Positions 35,258 through 46,257 of a DNA stretch of 64,000 nucleotides are shown here, in pieces. The notes below the pieces were generated by a model. That model had not been told where the DNA came from. It ran no database searches and saw only the letters and a program-made list of their open reading frames with translations. The DNA lies in IMG/VR virus record IMGVR_UViG_3300031951_000030; one strand, given 5' to 3'. The first letter of the stretch is position 1. Each line of letters begins with the position of its first letter. The stretch comes from an uncultured virus (IMG/VR IMGVR_UViG_3300031951_000030) (lineage: Duplodnaviria > Heunggongvirae > Uroviricota > Caudoviricetes). The position numbers were made by a program, and so were the translations under genes.

Positions 35258-36256
35258 TTATTCTCCGTTATAAATATCTAAAAGTTTTTCTTTCCATACT
35301 TCTTTGTTTGAAAAGTGGTTTATCATCCAACTTTTAAGTTTTTCAAATTCTGTTTTACGGGTTTCGTAATCATCGTTACAAATCGTTTGGTAGGTCTGCT
35401 TAAATGTTTCCGCATCACTAGCTTTGTATTTGTAGTCAAGTGGAACATGCCAGTCTTCATGTAATATGGGAAGCTTACCCCAATCCACTGCCTCAAATAT
35501 ACCGTATCCGAAGGGTTCGTACTCAAAACAAGAATGAGAGATTCCCCAATCAAGTCCATAGAACCTTTCTTTAAATTTGTAATCAAATTTGTAAACCTTT
35601 GACTTTTCGAATTTGAAGCCATATTTCTTTTTATAGTATTTGTTGAATGTTTCTGAATTTGTAGAAATAAATCCACCCAAACCATCCATATATTCAACAT
35701 TCTTTCTACCTTCTACTCTTGCGGCATATCCTATCTCAATAGATTTAGAAAGTTCTTTATTTTGTGTAAATTCATATACATTTGGAATGTGATATAAATT
35801 TTCTGTTTCGTATGGAAAATGGTATAATCCTACCCAAACTTTATTTTTAATTTTATTAATTAATTCACTTTCGTATTCCCAATTACCATACCAATGAAGA
35901 TATTCATCTTTCTCCATTTGTGCCAATAAAGACACTTTTGTTAAATTGTGGAAAATAATCGAATCAATTTTTTCCAAATTTTGATGTATAGCTCTGGTTG
36001 GAGTGTAATGACCATGTAATATGTGAATACGTCTAGCACTATCTAATATTTTTATAATTTCATCTTCAGATGTTTCCCAAATATGTTCAATATCAATAGG
36101 GAATTCTTCGTAATTTTGGGGTTTATGTCTATGGAAAAGAAGAAGTGGCTTCACTTCTAAATGAGGAGCCACTTCTTTTATCCATTCGGTTACCCACATA
36201 TCAGCACCGCTATTGAACCAAGGACCTCCAGCGGTGGTGTAGTACACATCATACAT
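35258..36256 (-). CDS. Glycosyltransferase (GT-B fold, GT4-like)
   Basis: SGADMW, YAARVEGRKNV, EPFGYGIFEAVDWGKLPI (E-x7-E). Confidence 0.75.
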   Translation of the reverse strand: MYDVYYTTAGGPWFNSGADMWVTEWIKEVAPHLEVKPLLLFHRHKPQNYEEFPIDIEHIWETSEDEIIKILDSARRIHILHGHYTPTRAIHQNLEKIDSIIFHNLTKVSLLAQMEKDEYLHWYGNWEYESELINKIKNKVWVGLYHFPYETENLYHIPNVYEFTQNKELSKSIEIGYAARVEGRKNVEYMDGLGGFISTNSETFNKYYKKKYGFKFEKSKVYKFDYKFKERFYGLDWGISHSCFEYEPFGYGIFEAVDWGKLPILHEDWHVPLDYKYKASDAETFKQTYQTICNDDYETRKTEFEKLKSWMINHFSNKEVWKEKLLDIYNGE

Positions 36257-36259
36257 TGA

Positions 36260-39130
36260 TTATAAACCTTTGTTATTTCTACAATTATTTAAATCTATTC
36301 TTAATTGCTCTATTTGTAATTGTTGTTCTTTAATACCTTCAATTAGTAATGCTACTAACTTATCGTATTTAACTGCTTTGAATCCACTTTCTCTCGTCTG
36401 AACTAATTGTGGTAATACTGCTTCAATTTCTTGTGCAATTACACCCACATCGTTTCCTTCGTATCCGTGCTCAACTTTATTTTCTTCTTTCCAATCGTAA
36501 GTGTTACCACTAATCTTTCTGATTTTGTCGATTGCGTTTTCAATTGGTTTGATGTTTTCTTTGAAACGAATATCAGAAGATGAGAATGCTACAACATCAT
36601 TTGCCGCATCAATTCTACCAGCGGTAGCGGATGCTGTCATACCAATACCCAATGAGTTGAATTGTACGTTAGATGATGTTGCTACTGCTTGTCCGATTGC
36701 AATTGTTGGGGTTGCTCCCTCACCACTATTATTTGTAATAGTAACACCAGTTCCTTGTACCAAAGATGCTACATAATCACCCGTTGTATCAGTGCCCAAT
36801 GCAACTTGATTTGCCGCTACCGTAGTTGCAAATGAAACATTACCTAAATTTGTAATAGTTCCTGTACCAGTTACATCACCAGTTAAAGTGATTGTAATAT
36901 CAGTACCTTCCAAATTACTTAATCTTGTTAATGCAGAAGAACTAAATGCTTCTAAATTAGCAGTTTCAACTTCCAATACACCTAATCTAGTGATTGCAGA
37001 ACCACTTGCAGTTGATAATTGGTCTAATCTACTCGTTTGTGTAGTGTTAGTCGTATCATTTGATGCGGTGTATGAGTTTAATGAACTCAATATGCCGATT
37101 ACTTGCGATGAACCACTAACAACCGTTTCTGCATTTAATCTTGTCTTAATTGTTGTATTAATAGAAGATGTAAATAATTCTAAATTAGCAGCTTCAACTT
37201 CTAATGCCGATAATCTAGTTAATGCAGAAGAACTAAATGATTCTAAATTAGCAGTTTCAATTAGTAAACTCGCAGTTGTGGAGTTTACATTTGAATTAAA
37301 TACTGAAATATCAACTCCATCAACTGTTCCTGATATTGTTATACTACCAGTTACTGCTACATTTGAACCCAATGAAATTGTAGTTCCATCATCAAATATA
37401 TTTGAATCTACGATATGCTCTTTACCAGTTCCTTTTACTAATCTATTATTTGTTAAGTAAGTTTCATTACCTAAATTATTATAAGTTTCAGGACCCATCA
37501 ATAGAACCGATGATGTTGTATCAGTTCCATTTCCTCTGTGAATAAATAGAAGTTCGTCTTGTACCGCATCGTATAGGAATGAACCAGAACCACCAGATGA
37601 ACCACTGTCTATAATTTGTAATCCTGCAAATCTAGATGATGGAGTTGCTGTATTTAATGTTACAATTGATGCTCCAATTACTAAATTTGAAGAACTAATA
37701 GTTTGAATTGATGAAGAACCTAATACAATTAAATCTTCTGTTACAGTCAATGAACCACTAACAGTTTGAGAACCGTTAAATGTATTTGTTGAATTTGTTC
37801 TTGCAAAAGTCCCACTAACTGCCTCATTTGCTGCAACTCTTTGTGTTAAACTTGCAGTTGTAGAGTTTAAGTTTGTTATTGAAATATCTTGTGAGTCATT
37901 TGTAGTTTTAGCAGCTGATGCCGAACTAATTAATGAACCTGTGATAGTTGCTAATGCACTATTTTGAGTTAATTGCGAACCACTAAAATTATTTAAATTT
38001 GATACTGAAATATTTAAACTAGCGGTAGTTGATTCTAAATTAGTTAATCTACCATCTTGTGAGTCATTTGTAGTTTTAGCAGCTGATGCTGAACTAATTA
38101 ATGAACCACTTATTGTTGATAAAGCAGTATCAAATGCGGAAAATCCAGTTGTTGATTGTAAAGTTACTTGAGATGAACCACTTACAACCCCATTTGTTGC
38201 TGCAATGGAACCAGTGATGTTTGCACGAATTGAGCCCGATATTTCAACTACCGAACCACTATTACCTATAGTAATAAACTCACTATTATATGCTCCAATT
38301 TGTACATAATCACCATATACTAATGCTTGTGATTGTCCATTTTTTAAATCTTGGACAGATACATTTGCTGTATTGCCACCAAGTACCCCTCCCGAAGGAT
38401 ATGCCTGCATATGTGCTCTGAATGGTGATACATTTAATTCCGCACCATAAGTTGGATTAGAATCATTATCAAAAGAATGTATTTGTAAAGAATGTTCGTA
38501 TGTATCCGTACCATCATTCCAATGTTCAATTGCAATACCAATACCTTCATAAGGTCTGCCATTAGATGCAGTAAATGGTGCAAGTCTTAAAAAGTGTGAC
38601 TCGCTTCCTACTGATGGCCATCCTCTTGTAAATTCTATATTAGAACCACTTGCAATCAATGAACCAGTTATACTTACACCGTTTGAAAAGTTTTGAGAAC
38701 CATCTGCATTAGCAGATAATGTAGATATAACTGTATTATTTGCTACAAATTTAATAGAGCCTGTTGAAACATACAAATCTCTCCAAACTTTAGTAGCAGA
38801 ACCTAAATCAAATGCATTTGTAGTTTGTGGGATAAGTGAAGAACTTAAAGATGCTACAACATTTACAGTATCTGCAGTTGCATCACCAATTGTAATAGCT
38901 CCACCAATTGTTACGTTACCTCCAATGTTTGCGTTGCCAGTAATATCCAATCCAGAACCTGAAATAGGTCCGAAATTTCCTGTGCTACCTGTACCACCTG
39001 CTGATAAAACGATGTCTCCGTTTGGACCACCGACTAATAGAGTTCCTAATGTTGTGTTTACGAATGGTTCTCCGAATGCTAACGAACCTGATTGTTGTGC
39101 GGTTGTCCCACGTCTAAATTTAAGTGCCAT
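36260..39130 (-). CDS. Tail fibre protein with C-terminal peptidase S74 chaperone
   Basis: MALKFRRG N-terminus, Ser/Thr-rich shaft, SSDIRFKENI...GVIAQE...VKYDKL. Confidence 0.85.
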   Translation of the reverse strand: MALKFRRGTTAQQSGSLAFGEPFVNTTLGTLLVGGPNGDIVLSAGGTGSTGNFGPISGSGLDITGNANIGGNVTIGGAITIGDATADTVNVVASLSSSLIPQTTNAFDLGSATKVWRDLYVSTGSIKFVANNTVISTLSANADGSQNFSNGVSITGSLIASGSNIEFTRGWPSVGSESHFLRLAPFTASNGRPYEGIGIAIEHWNDGTDTYEHSLQIHSFDNDSNPTYGAELNVSPFRAHMQAYPSGGVLGGNTANVSVQDLKNGQSQALVYGDYVQIGAYNSEFITIGNSGSVVEISGSIRANITGSIAATNGVVSGSSQVTLQSTTGFSAFDTALSTISGSLISSASAAKTTNDSQDGRLTNLESTTASLNISVSNLNNFSGSQLTQNSALATITGSLISSASAAKTTNDSQDISITNLNSTTASLTQRVAANEAVSGTFARTNSTNTFNGSQTVSGSLTVTEDLIVLGSSSIQTISSSNLVIGASIVTLNTATPSSRFAGLQIIDSGSSGGSGSFLYDAVQDELLFIHRGNGTDTTSSVLLMGPETYNNLGNETYLTNNRLVKGTGKEHIVDSNIFDDGTTISLGSNVAVTGSITISGTVDGVDISVFNSNVNSTTASLLIETANLESFSSSALTRLSALEVEAANLELFTSSINTTIKTRLNAETVVSGSSQVIGILSSLNSYTASNDTTNTTQTSRLDQLSTASGSAITRLGVLEVETANLEAFSSSALTRLSNLEGTDITITLTGDVTGTGTITNLGNVSFATTVAANQVALGTDTTGDYVASLVQGTGVTITNNSGEGATPTIAIGQAVATSSNVQFNSLGIGMTASATAGRIDAANDVVAFSSSDIRFKENIKPIENAIDKIRKISGNTYDWKEENKVEHGYEGNDVGVIAQEIEAVLPQLVQTRESGFKAVKYDKLVALLIEGIKEQQLQIEQLRIDLNNCRNNKGL

Positions 39131-39186
39131 CTAGTTTACCTTTTTTTTAGTACGTTAATAAAATTATTATGTATGTGTATAAATAT

Positions 39187-40782
39187 CTATTTATTTTCCA
39201 ATACTTTAATTTTAGCTGATAATTCTTTGATTGCCTCAATTAGTAATGGAACTATTTTTTCATATTGAACTGCTTTAAATCCGTTATCTCTATTTGTTAC
39301 AATTTGTGGAAGTATTTGTTCAATTTCTTGTGCAATTACCCCAACATCATTTCCTTTATGAGAATGAACTACATCATATCCCTCTTTCCAATCGTAAGTG
39401 TTACCACTAATTGATTCAACTTTTTCTAATGCATTTTGAATTGGTTGGATATTTTCTTTTAATCTAATATCAGATGAATAAAATGCAGTAATATCTCCAG
39501 TTGCTCTAATCTCACCAGTAGTTGTTGATGCGGCAGTTCCTATACCCAATGAATTGAATTGTGGATTTGCATCGGTTTTTATACTCTGTGCTAATGTCAA
39601 TGTTACATCTGCACTTTCCAATCCGGAACCCGCAGCAGTTAAACCATTAGAAGTATTGCCCGTAATAGTTTGAACATAATTACCAGATGTTCTCGTTCCT
39701 AATGCAATATCACCCGTTGTGGATGCTACATTGATTTGAGATGAACCAGAAACAACACCATCCGTATTTAATTTATCTTTAATAGTTGTATTAATGGATG
39801 ATGTAAATGTATTTAAACTCCCAGTCGAAGTTTCTAATAAACCTAATCTAGTATTTGCTGATGATGTAAATGTTTCTATATTTGTTATAGAAATTTTAGC
39901 AGAAGCAGAAAATGTATTTAATTCAGTTAAAATTGATATTATTTGAGATGAACCCGATACAATCCCCGCAGGTATATTTGATAAATTAGGATACGAAACT
40001 TGTGATGAACCAGATACTAATGTAGTTCCAGTTGCGTAAAATGTTCCGTTTACAACCGAATTTGACCCAAGAGTTATTAAAGTTCCAGTATCAGTGATAT
40101 TTGAATCATTGAGGTGTTCTTTACCACTTCCTTTTGGTACTCTATTATTTGTAAGATAGGTTTCATTTCCTAAATCATCGTATGTTTCAGGTCCTAATAG
40201 GAAATGGGATGATGTTACATTTGTTCCATTACCTCTGTGTACAAATATGAATTCATCTTGAAGTGCATCATATAGGAATGAACCAGATTGTCCTGCGGAA
40301 CCACTATCGATTACTGCAATACCACCAAATCTTACCGATGGTTGATTTACTGCTACAGTAATTAAATTAGTTCCAATATCTAAAGTAGATGAACTAATAT
40401 GTTGTATAGATGATGAACCCAAAACTACAAAATCTTGAGTTACAGTTAATGAACCACTAATTATTTGATTATCAGTAAATGTATTTACCGCAGCTAATCT
40501 TGCAAAACTAGATGTTAATTGAGAAGAACCCGAAACTACACCTTCTGGAAGATTTGAACTAACGCTTCCTATTTGTAATTGAGTCCAACCATTTGAATTT
40601 CCAACATTTGTGGTATCAGTCAATACCCATATTGTGTTACTATCTTGTTGAAAAACTAGTAACCCTTCATATACATTAGCAGATGATAAAGCGTAACGGG
40701 CAGTCTGGTCCGCTAATGTTATTCTAGCATCAACGGGTTCGTTGTTAGTTATGTTAAATCCACCAGGTAATATAATTGCCAT
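39187..40782 (-). CDS. Tail fibre protein with C-terminal peptidase S74 chaperone
   Basis: PVDAR N-terminus; SSDIRLKENI...GVIAQE...VQYEKI. Confidence 0.85.
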   Translation of the reverse strand: MAIILPGGFNITNNEPVDARITLADQTARYALSSANVYEGLLVFQQDSNTIWVLTDTTNVGNSNGWTQLQIGSVSSNLPEGVVSGSSQLTSSFARLAAVNTFTDNQIISGSLTVTQDFVVLGSSSIQHISSSTLDIGTNLITVAVNQPSVRFGGIAVIDSGSAGQSGSFLYDALQDEFIFVHRGNGTNVTSSHFLLGPETYDDLGNETYLTNNRVPKGSGKEHLNDSNITDTGTLITLGSNSVVNGTFYATGTTLVSGSSQVSYPNLSNIPAGIVSGSSQIISILTELNTFSASAKISITNIETFTSSANTRLGLLETSTGSLNTFTSSINTTIKDKLNTDGVVSGSSQINVASTTGDIALGTRTSGNYVQTITGNTSNGLTAAGSGLESADVTLTLAQSIKTDANPQFNSLGIGTAASTTTGEIRATGDITAFYSSDIRLKENIQPIQNALEKVESISGNTYDWKEGYDVVHSHKGNDVGVIAQEIEQILPQIVTNRDNGFKAVQYEKIVPLLIEAIKELSAKIKVLENK

Positions 40783-40796
40783 TTCTTATTTTTATT

Positions 40797-43700
40797 TTAT
40801 GTTAATGTATATGTTATGCTACTTCCTGCACCACCTGCATTCGGAACAGTTGTTCTGTAAACCTTATACTGTCCAATCGTTGTTAATGTAAATTGTCCTA
40901 ATACCGCAAAACCACTCGTTGAGATACCTGTTAAGTTTGGTCTTGCTGAATCAAATACTATATAAAGATATTTATCACCCGTCCAACTAATTGTTAGGGT
41001 TTGTCCACTTGCAGTAGTTGTTCCTTTTGATATTGTACCAATTGAACCACCCAATGTAGTATCCCATGCTCCAATATTTTCCAATTCTCCGGCAGTAAAT
41101 GAAGATGCGTCACTTGCACCATATCTTAAACTTCTAATTTTTGTATAAGTAGTAGTTGTCGTAGATGTGGTTGTTAAATCTGGTATATTATCACCTATTG
41201 GAGATGCGTAGTTCGCAGTAGCGGTTATACTAATTGAAGTAGAACCCGTTGCAGAACCTGTCACAAAGTATGGTGTACTAACATTTGTTGTAGTATTTAC
41301 CAAATTCCAACTATTAGATGGGTCTGCTGATGAAGATGTGAATGAAATACTACCAGTCGCACCTTGTTCGATTTGATTTGATGATGCCCCTAACTGAACT
41401 GTCGCAGTTGGTGTCAACGTAGGAGAAGCGGGGCTTGATTTGGAAATTGTTCCAGTAGCCGTAGTTGACGTTTTATACAAAGTACCATCTAATGGAGAAC
41501 TTGCAGTATATTCTAATCTATATGTATGTGAACCAGATGTAGTTGTACTGAATGATAATGATGTTCCACTACCAACTTCAGTTAATAAAGTAGAACCTTC
41601 GTATAAAGATGCACTTACTAATGTATATCCCTGATTACTCCAAGTACCATTTACAATGTACGCATCATTTACATTATTAAATCTATCTGTTAAAAATCCA
41701 CTTAAAGATGTTGCTATTGATGTTGGTATTGCTGGAGTTCCGAAAATAAATTTCAAAGTTCCATTTATAAATGTTACTGCCACATTACTATCAAAATCTG
41801 CCACTTCGATTCCTGTTAATTGTTCTATACTATTTGTTACATAATTGATATATCCACTACTTGATTCTAATGCTGCAATAGATGCGGATACGGATTCACT
41901 AAAAGATGATGTAAATGTATTTAAATTTTCAATCGAAATTTTAGCAGAAGCAGAAAATGTATTTAATTGTGTTAAAGGATTTCCTCCACTAATTCCACCA
42001 ATTCCTTCTAAATACACAAGTCTTTCTTCGTGGTCTTTAACAGACGATGTCATCAATGATGCACTTATATATGATTGAGATGCGGATATTATTAATGAAC
42101 CCGTAATCGTTGCTAATGCAGTATTTTGAGTTAATTGAGAACCTGTGAAATTATTTAAACTTGCAGTAGTTTGGTAAATAGATTCCAACGAAGCGGTTAC
42201 ACTTGCACTAAATAAATTTATAGATGCAGTAGTTTGGTAAACGGATTCCAACGAAGCAGTTACACTTGCACTAAAATTATTTAAACTTGCGGTAGTTTGG
42301 TAAACGGATTCTAATGATGATGTTACACTTGCACTAAAATTATTTAAACTTGCCGTAGTTTCGTAAATAGAACTCAACGAAGCAGTTACACTTGCACTAA
42401 AATTATTTAAACTTGCGGTAGTTTGGTAAACGGATTCTAATGATGATGTTACACTTGCACTAAATAAATTTAAAGATGCTGATGATTGGTGAATACTTGC
42501 CAAATCATTATTTACAGATTGAGTATATAAATTTAAACTCGCAGTCGTCTGATATACGGAAACCAATGAAGCCGTTACACTTGCACTAAATAAGTTTAAT
42601 GAAGAGGTAGTTTGATAAATGGATTCTAATGAAGTGGTTACACTTGCACTAAAATTATTTAAACTTGCCGTAGTTTGATTTAAAGAGGCAGTTGTATTAT
42701 TTATTTCAGTTAATTGTAGTGAAGATGTAAATACACTATCACCACCTGCTAAAAGTATTTTTGATTCAGCTCCTTTTTTACCAGCCTTCCAATAATCGAT
42801 TGTACTATCCCATAACAATGAACCCGATAGTAAAGAACCACCAGTTGCATCCGTTACTTCAATACCCGCTTGGGTTTGAGAATATCCATAATTTAATTGT
42901 ATTATGTTATCTCCAATATTAACTTCATTACTATGAACTGTTGTAGTTACACCTAATACTGATAAATTTCCTAAAATGGTTGTATTAACACCATCAACTG
43001 TGATTGCAGTTTTTAAAGATGATGTATAGGAATTTAAACTAGCCGTAGTTTGATATATAGATTCTAATGATGAGGTTACACTTGCACTAAAATTATTTAG
43101 TGGATTTAATATAGATATTATTTGTGATGAACCTGATACTAGCGTTGGTTTATTTAGAACATTTGCAAATTCTACGTCAGCAGCGGTTACACCAGTCAAT
43201 CCACTACCATCCCCAACAAATGAAGAACTAATTACCGATGCACTTACATATCCACTAAAGTATGTATTAGATGAACTAATCAATAGTTCATTTACATTTG
43301 CACTGATTGTGTATTCGGATGTAGTTGTTACTTCACCTAATCCAGCCAATTTCAAACTTGCCAATCCTTCTCTTGCGGTTAAATTAGCCTGTGTAAATGT
43401 ACCACCTACCAATACATTATCATTTGGTAGAAGTGTTACCGAGTTTACACTACCTGTGTTTAATCTATATGTACTAGTAGAAAATCCATCTATGAGACTT
43501 CCATTATCATAATCTACTATTATAAATCTATTAGTGGTTTGATATGATGCTAGAGGATTTCCAAGACTGGTAAAACTACCACCTATTAATATTTTATCAC
43601 CATCGTAAAAATCAAAATCATTTACATATTGTACTCCTGGAGTATTTTGGTCTGAACCACTTATGTATAGTCTAAATCCATTATCATATGCACCCCTTCC

Positions 43701-45338
43701 AAAAGCCACATCATCGGTTGTTAATCTTGCAAATCCGGCATTTCTACCTTGTGCTCCTACTCTAGTATCTTTAAATCTACCAGCAATATAGATATAACCA
43801 TTATCACCTGCGGTGTAGGCATCAGTTACTTTAATTTTTTGAATTCTATCTAAACTATTACCAGTAGCTATATCTAAATTATTACCAGCAAATCCAAAAT
43901 CTAAAGCACCACTAGGATGAAGTTTTACAAGATGATGGTAGTCGGAGAATGAATTCCATTGTTGAAAATCACCACCAATTAAAATTGCCTCTTCGGAACC
44001 ACTAGGTAGTAATGCTACTGAATAAAAATTATCATCTCCAAATCCAGGAGATGTAGATACTACTAAAGAAGTATCAATAGTACCATCTGGATTTACTCGT
44101 CTACTTCCTGATGGAAAACTACCTACACAAACTATTTTATTATCGCTTTGAATTGCAATATCTCTAATTTCACCAAATGAACCCCAAGATTGAGCCTCAA
44201 ATGATGTATCTAATATACCATCGGAATCTAACCTTGCAAGTCCATAACGCAATGCACCATTAACTCTACTAAAATTACCACCTACTATAATTTTACCATC
44301 AGATTGAGTAACAAATGTATTTACATATCCGCCAGTATCACCTCCTATTGTTGTACTAAATACAGGTGCGGAGAAAGAAGTATCTATCGTACCATTCGAA
44401 TTTAATCTTGCTATATCATTTGTAGTATGTCCATCTACAGATGTAAATCTACCAGCAATTAATATCTTACCATCACCTAATACTAATGATTTTTTTATAA
44501 TTGTAGATTCTGAACCTGAAAAATCTAAATTGAATGTGGAATTTAAAGCAGGTATATTTTGTGTCAATGATGCATCTAATTCAAACCCATCAGAATTAAT
44601 ACTACCACTCACTAAAACTGAACCAGATAGTATTGTTGGACCTATATTTCTAAAAGTAGATGAACCACTAATAGTTAAGGAACCACTAATAGTTTGATTA
44701 CCTACAAATATATTACTTCCAGTAGTCGCATAACTTGCAGTTACACTTTGTAAATTATCTACTTCACCTTGTAATGATGAAGTGATAAGTTCTATATTAT
44801 CTAATCTACTATCAGCAGATTGAGTAAAAGTGTTATATCCAGTATTGATTGATTCTTGTGATGCAGTAAATGCATTTAAAGATTGAGATACAATTGATAT
44901 TGCATCAAATTGGGAATCTATTGAAGATGATAATAATACTATATCAATACCATTTACACTACCAGTAAAAGATGCACTTATACTATTAGCATATACAGTT
45001 CTCCATTTTGCACCAGATGTTCCTAAATCGAGAGTTCCGTTTCCACCTGGAACTAAATTAGTTGTAAATACACCTGGAACACTAATATTATCCCCGGTGT
45101 TGTTTCCTAAAAATAAGTTACCAGATATTGCAACATCACCACTAAAATATGCGTTTGATGCGGTTATATTTCCTGTCAATATAACATCACCATTTACAGG
45201 TGCATTTAAAGTTAATACATTGTAGTTATTTGAACCACTACCAAATTGTAAAGAACCAGAACCCTGATGTAGATATAATTCACCTTCTGTAAGTGATTCA
45301 TTTGTAGTTCCTCTTCTTATTTGAAATATAGCTGCCAT
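40797..45338 (-). CDS. Large fibre protein with delta-60 (DUF5122-like) beta-propeller repeats and coiled-coil repeats
   Basis: Repeated DGKI(L/I)xGxF...RLxxxGxxDxSF units; 21-aa repeats. Confidence 0.8.
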   Translation of the reverse strand: MAAIFQIRRGTTNESLTEGELYLHQGSGSLQFGSGSNNYNVLTLNAPVNGDVILTGNITASNAYFSGDVAISGNLFLGNNTGDNISVPGVFTTNLVPGGNGTLDLGTSGAKWRTVYANSISASFTGSVNGIDIVLLSSSIDSQFDAISIVSQSLNAFTASQESINTGYNTFTQSADSRLDNIELITSSLQGEVDNLQSVTASYATTGSNIFVGNQTISGSLTISGSSTFRNIGPTILSGSVLVSGSINSDGFELDASLTQNIPALNSTFNLDFSGSESTIIKKSLVLGDGKILIAGRFTSVDGHTTNDIARLNSNGTIDTSFSAPVFSTTIGGDTGGYVNTFVTQSDGKIIVGGNFSRVNGALRYGLARLDSDGILDTSFEAQSWGSFGEIRDIAIQSDNKIVCVGSFPSGSRRVNPDGTIDTSLVVSTSPGFGDDNFYSVALLPSGSEEAILIGGDFQQWNSFSDYHHLVKLHPSGALDFGFAGNNLDIATGNSLDRIQKIKVTDAYTAGDNGYIYIAGRFKDTRVGAQGRNAGFARLTTDDVAFGRGAYDNGFRLYISGSDQNTPGVQYVNDFDFYDGDKILIGGSFTSLGNPLASYQTTNRFIIVDYDNGSLIDGFSTSTYRLNTGSVNSVTLLPNDNVLVGGTFTQANLTAREGLASLKLAGLGEVTTTSEYTISANVNELLISSSNTYFSGYVSASVISSSFVGDGSGLTGVTAADVEFANVLNKPTLVSGSSQIISILNPLNNFSASVTSSLESIYQTTASLNSYTSSLKTAITVDGVNTTILGNLSVLGVTTTVHSNEVNIGDNIIQLNYGYSQTQAGIEVTDATGGSLLSGSLLWDSTIDYWKAGKKGAESKILLAGGDSVFTSSLQLTEINNTTASLNQTTASLNNFSASVTTSLESIYQTTSSLNLFSASVTASLVSVYQTTASLNLYTQSVNNDLASIHQSSASLNLFSASVTSSLESVYQTTASLNNFSASVTASLSSIYETTASLNNFSASVTSSLESVYQTTASLNNFSASVTASLESVYQTTASINLFSASVTASLESIYQTTASLNNFTGSQLTQNTALATITGSLIISASQSYISASLMTSSVKDHEERLVYLEGIGGISGGNPLTQLNTFSASAKISIENLNTFTSSFSESVSASIAALESSSGYINYVTNSIEQLTGIEVADFDSNVAVTFINGTLKFIFGTPAIPTSIATSLSGFLTDRFNNVNDAYIVNGTWSNQGYTLVSASLYEGSTLLTEVGSGTSLSFSTTTSGSHTYRLEYTASSPLDGTLYKTSTTATGTISKSSPASPTLTPTATVQLGASSNQIEQGATGSISFTSSSADPSNSWNLVNTTTNVSTPYFVTGSATGSTSISITATANYASPIGDNIPDLTTTSTTTTTYTKIRSLRYGASDASSFTAGELENIGAWDTTLGGSIGTISKGTTTASGQTLTISWTGDKYLYIVFDSARPNLTGISTSGFAVLGQFTLTTIGQYKVYRTTVPNAGGAGSSITYTLT
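42160..42665. repeat. 63-bp (21-aa) tandem repeat, about 8 copies
   Basis: ACACTTGCACTA at 42199, 42262, 42325, 42388, 42451, 42577, 42640; unit SLNNFSASVTASLESVYQTTA. Confidence 0.9.
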
Positions 45339-45368
45339 TTATTGTTATTTCTGTTTTGTATAAATATC

Positions 45369-46169
45369 TTAAATATTAAAATCTAAATCACCTGATTCCG
45401 AAATATATTTTGCCAAGTGCATATAGTTTGCAGTTATACTGCCAGTTGTTACATTTATTGCAGATGCACTTACCGATAAACGAGTAGTATTACCAATTAC
45501 AACATCAAATGAACCTGTCCGTGCTATTGCTAGAGTATTAGCAGTTGAATCTTCTATGAAGTTTACAGTTCCTGCTGCTTCGGGGTCTAAATTAAAATCA
45601 AATGTGTTTGGTCCTGCGGATACACCAACTTCTGTTCCATTTACTAAAAATGAACCACTTACAGAAACTGAACCTGTGAATGAATGAATATCATCGGATG
45701 TATTACCGAATTTAGAACTACCACTTTCAAAAAGTATAGATGAAGAAATTACTGATATATTAAATTGTCTAGCATTTACTTCACCTAATACGGTTAAATT
45801 ATTTGTAATGGTTTGAGAACCACTTAATATTAAGCTCCCACTTAATAATGCGGAACTACCTGTAATATCTCCACTTATATCAATATCACCTGCTCCTATA
45901 ATATCATTTGTTACATACAAATCTCTAGTTATATTGGCGTCTTGTGTTACTACTAATTCCCCAAAGGAACCCGTTCGAGTTAAGGCTATAGAGCCAGTTG
46001 TAATTGAGTTTGTTACTACAATACCTTCTATGGAATCTAAATTTCCGGAACGCTTAATAAATACCTTACCATCGTAAGTGTTTATTGCTATTTCCCCAAC
46101 ATTTAATGAACCAGTATCTGGTACTTTGCCAGGTAGCGATGAACGCTTTAGTATAATACTTTGTGCCAT
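45369..46169 (-). CDS. Fibre / virion protein
   Basis: N-terminal LKRSS..GKVP...GEIAINTYDGKVF module; paralog of 46258..46908. Confidence 0.7.
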   Translation of the reverse strand: MAQSIILKRSSLPGKVPDTGSLNVGEIAINTYDGKVFIKRSGNLDSIEGIVVTNSITTGSIALTRTGSFGELVVTQDANITRDLYVTNDIIGAGDIDISGDITGSSALLSGSLILSGSQTITNNLTVLGEVNARQFNISVISSSILFESGSSKFGNTSDDIHSFTGSVSVSGSFLVNGTEVGVSAGPNTFDFNLDPEAAGTVNFIEDSTANTLAIARTGSFDVVIGNTTRLSVSASAINVTTGSITANYMHLAKYISESGDLDFNI

Positions 46170-46204
46170 ATATATGAGCTGTAGATTATTTGATATTATG
46201 TAAT

Positions 46205-46230
46205 AAAAAAAGGTACTATATAGTACCTTT
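46205..46230 (-). terminator. Probable terminator (perfect 22-bp palindrome plus T run)
   Basis: AAAGGTACTATATAGTACCTTT at 46209-46230, continuing into a T run on the minus strand. Confidence 0.65.
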
Positions 46231-46257
46231 ATAAATATATGATATTTTTATAATCGT

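Noticed and set aside
36260..40782. Duplicated fibre C-termini as a diversity-generating retroelement TR/VR pair
   Set aside because: Both copies are coding S74 chaperone domains, the differences do not look adenine-specific, and there is no reverse transcriptase in the window.
42160..42665. Regularly spaced repeats as a CRISPR array
   Set aside because: The whole 63-bp unit repeats in frame within a CDS; there are no unique spacers or cas genes.
46209..46230. Perfect 22-bp palindrome as a recombination or operator site
   Set aside because: Single copy, just after a stop codon and followed by a T run; a terminator is the simpler explanation.
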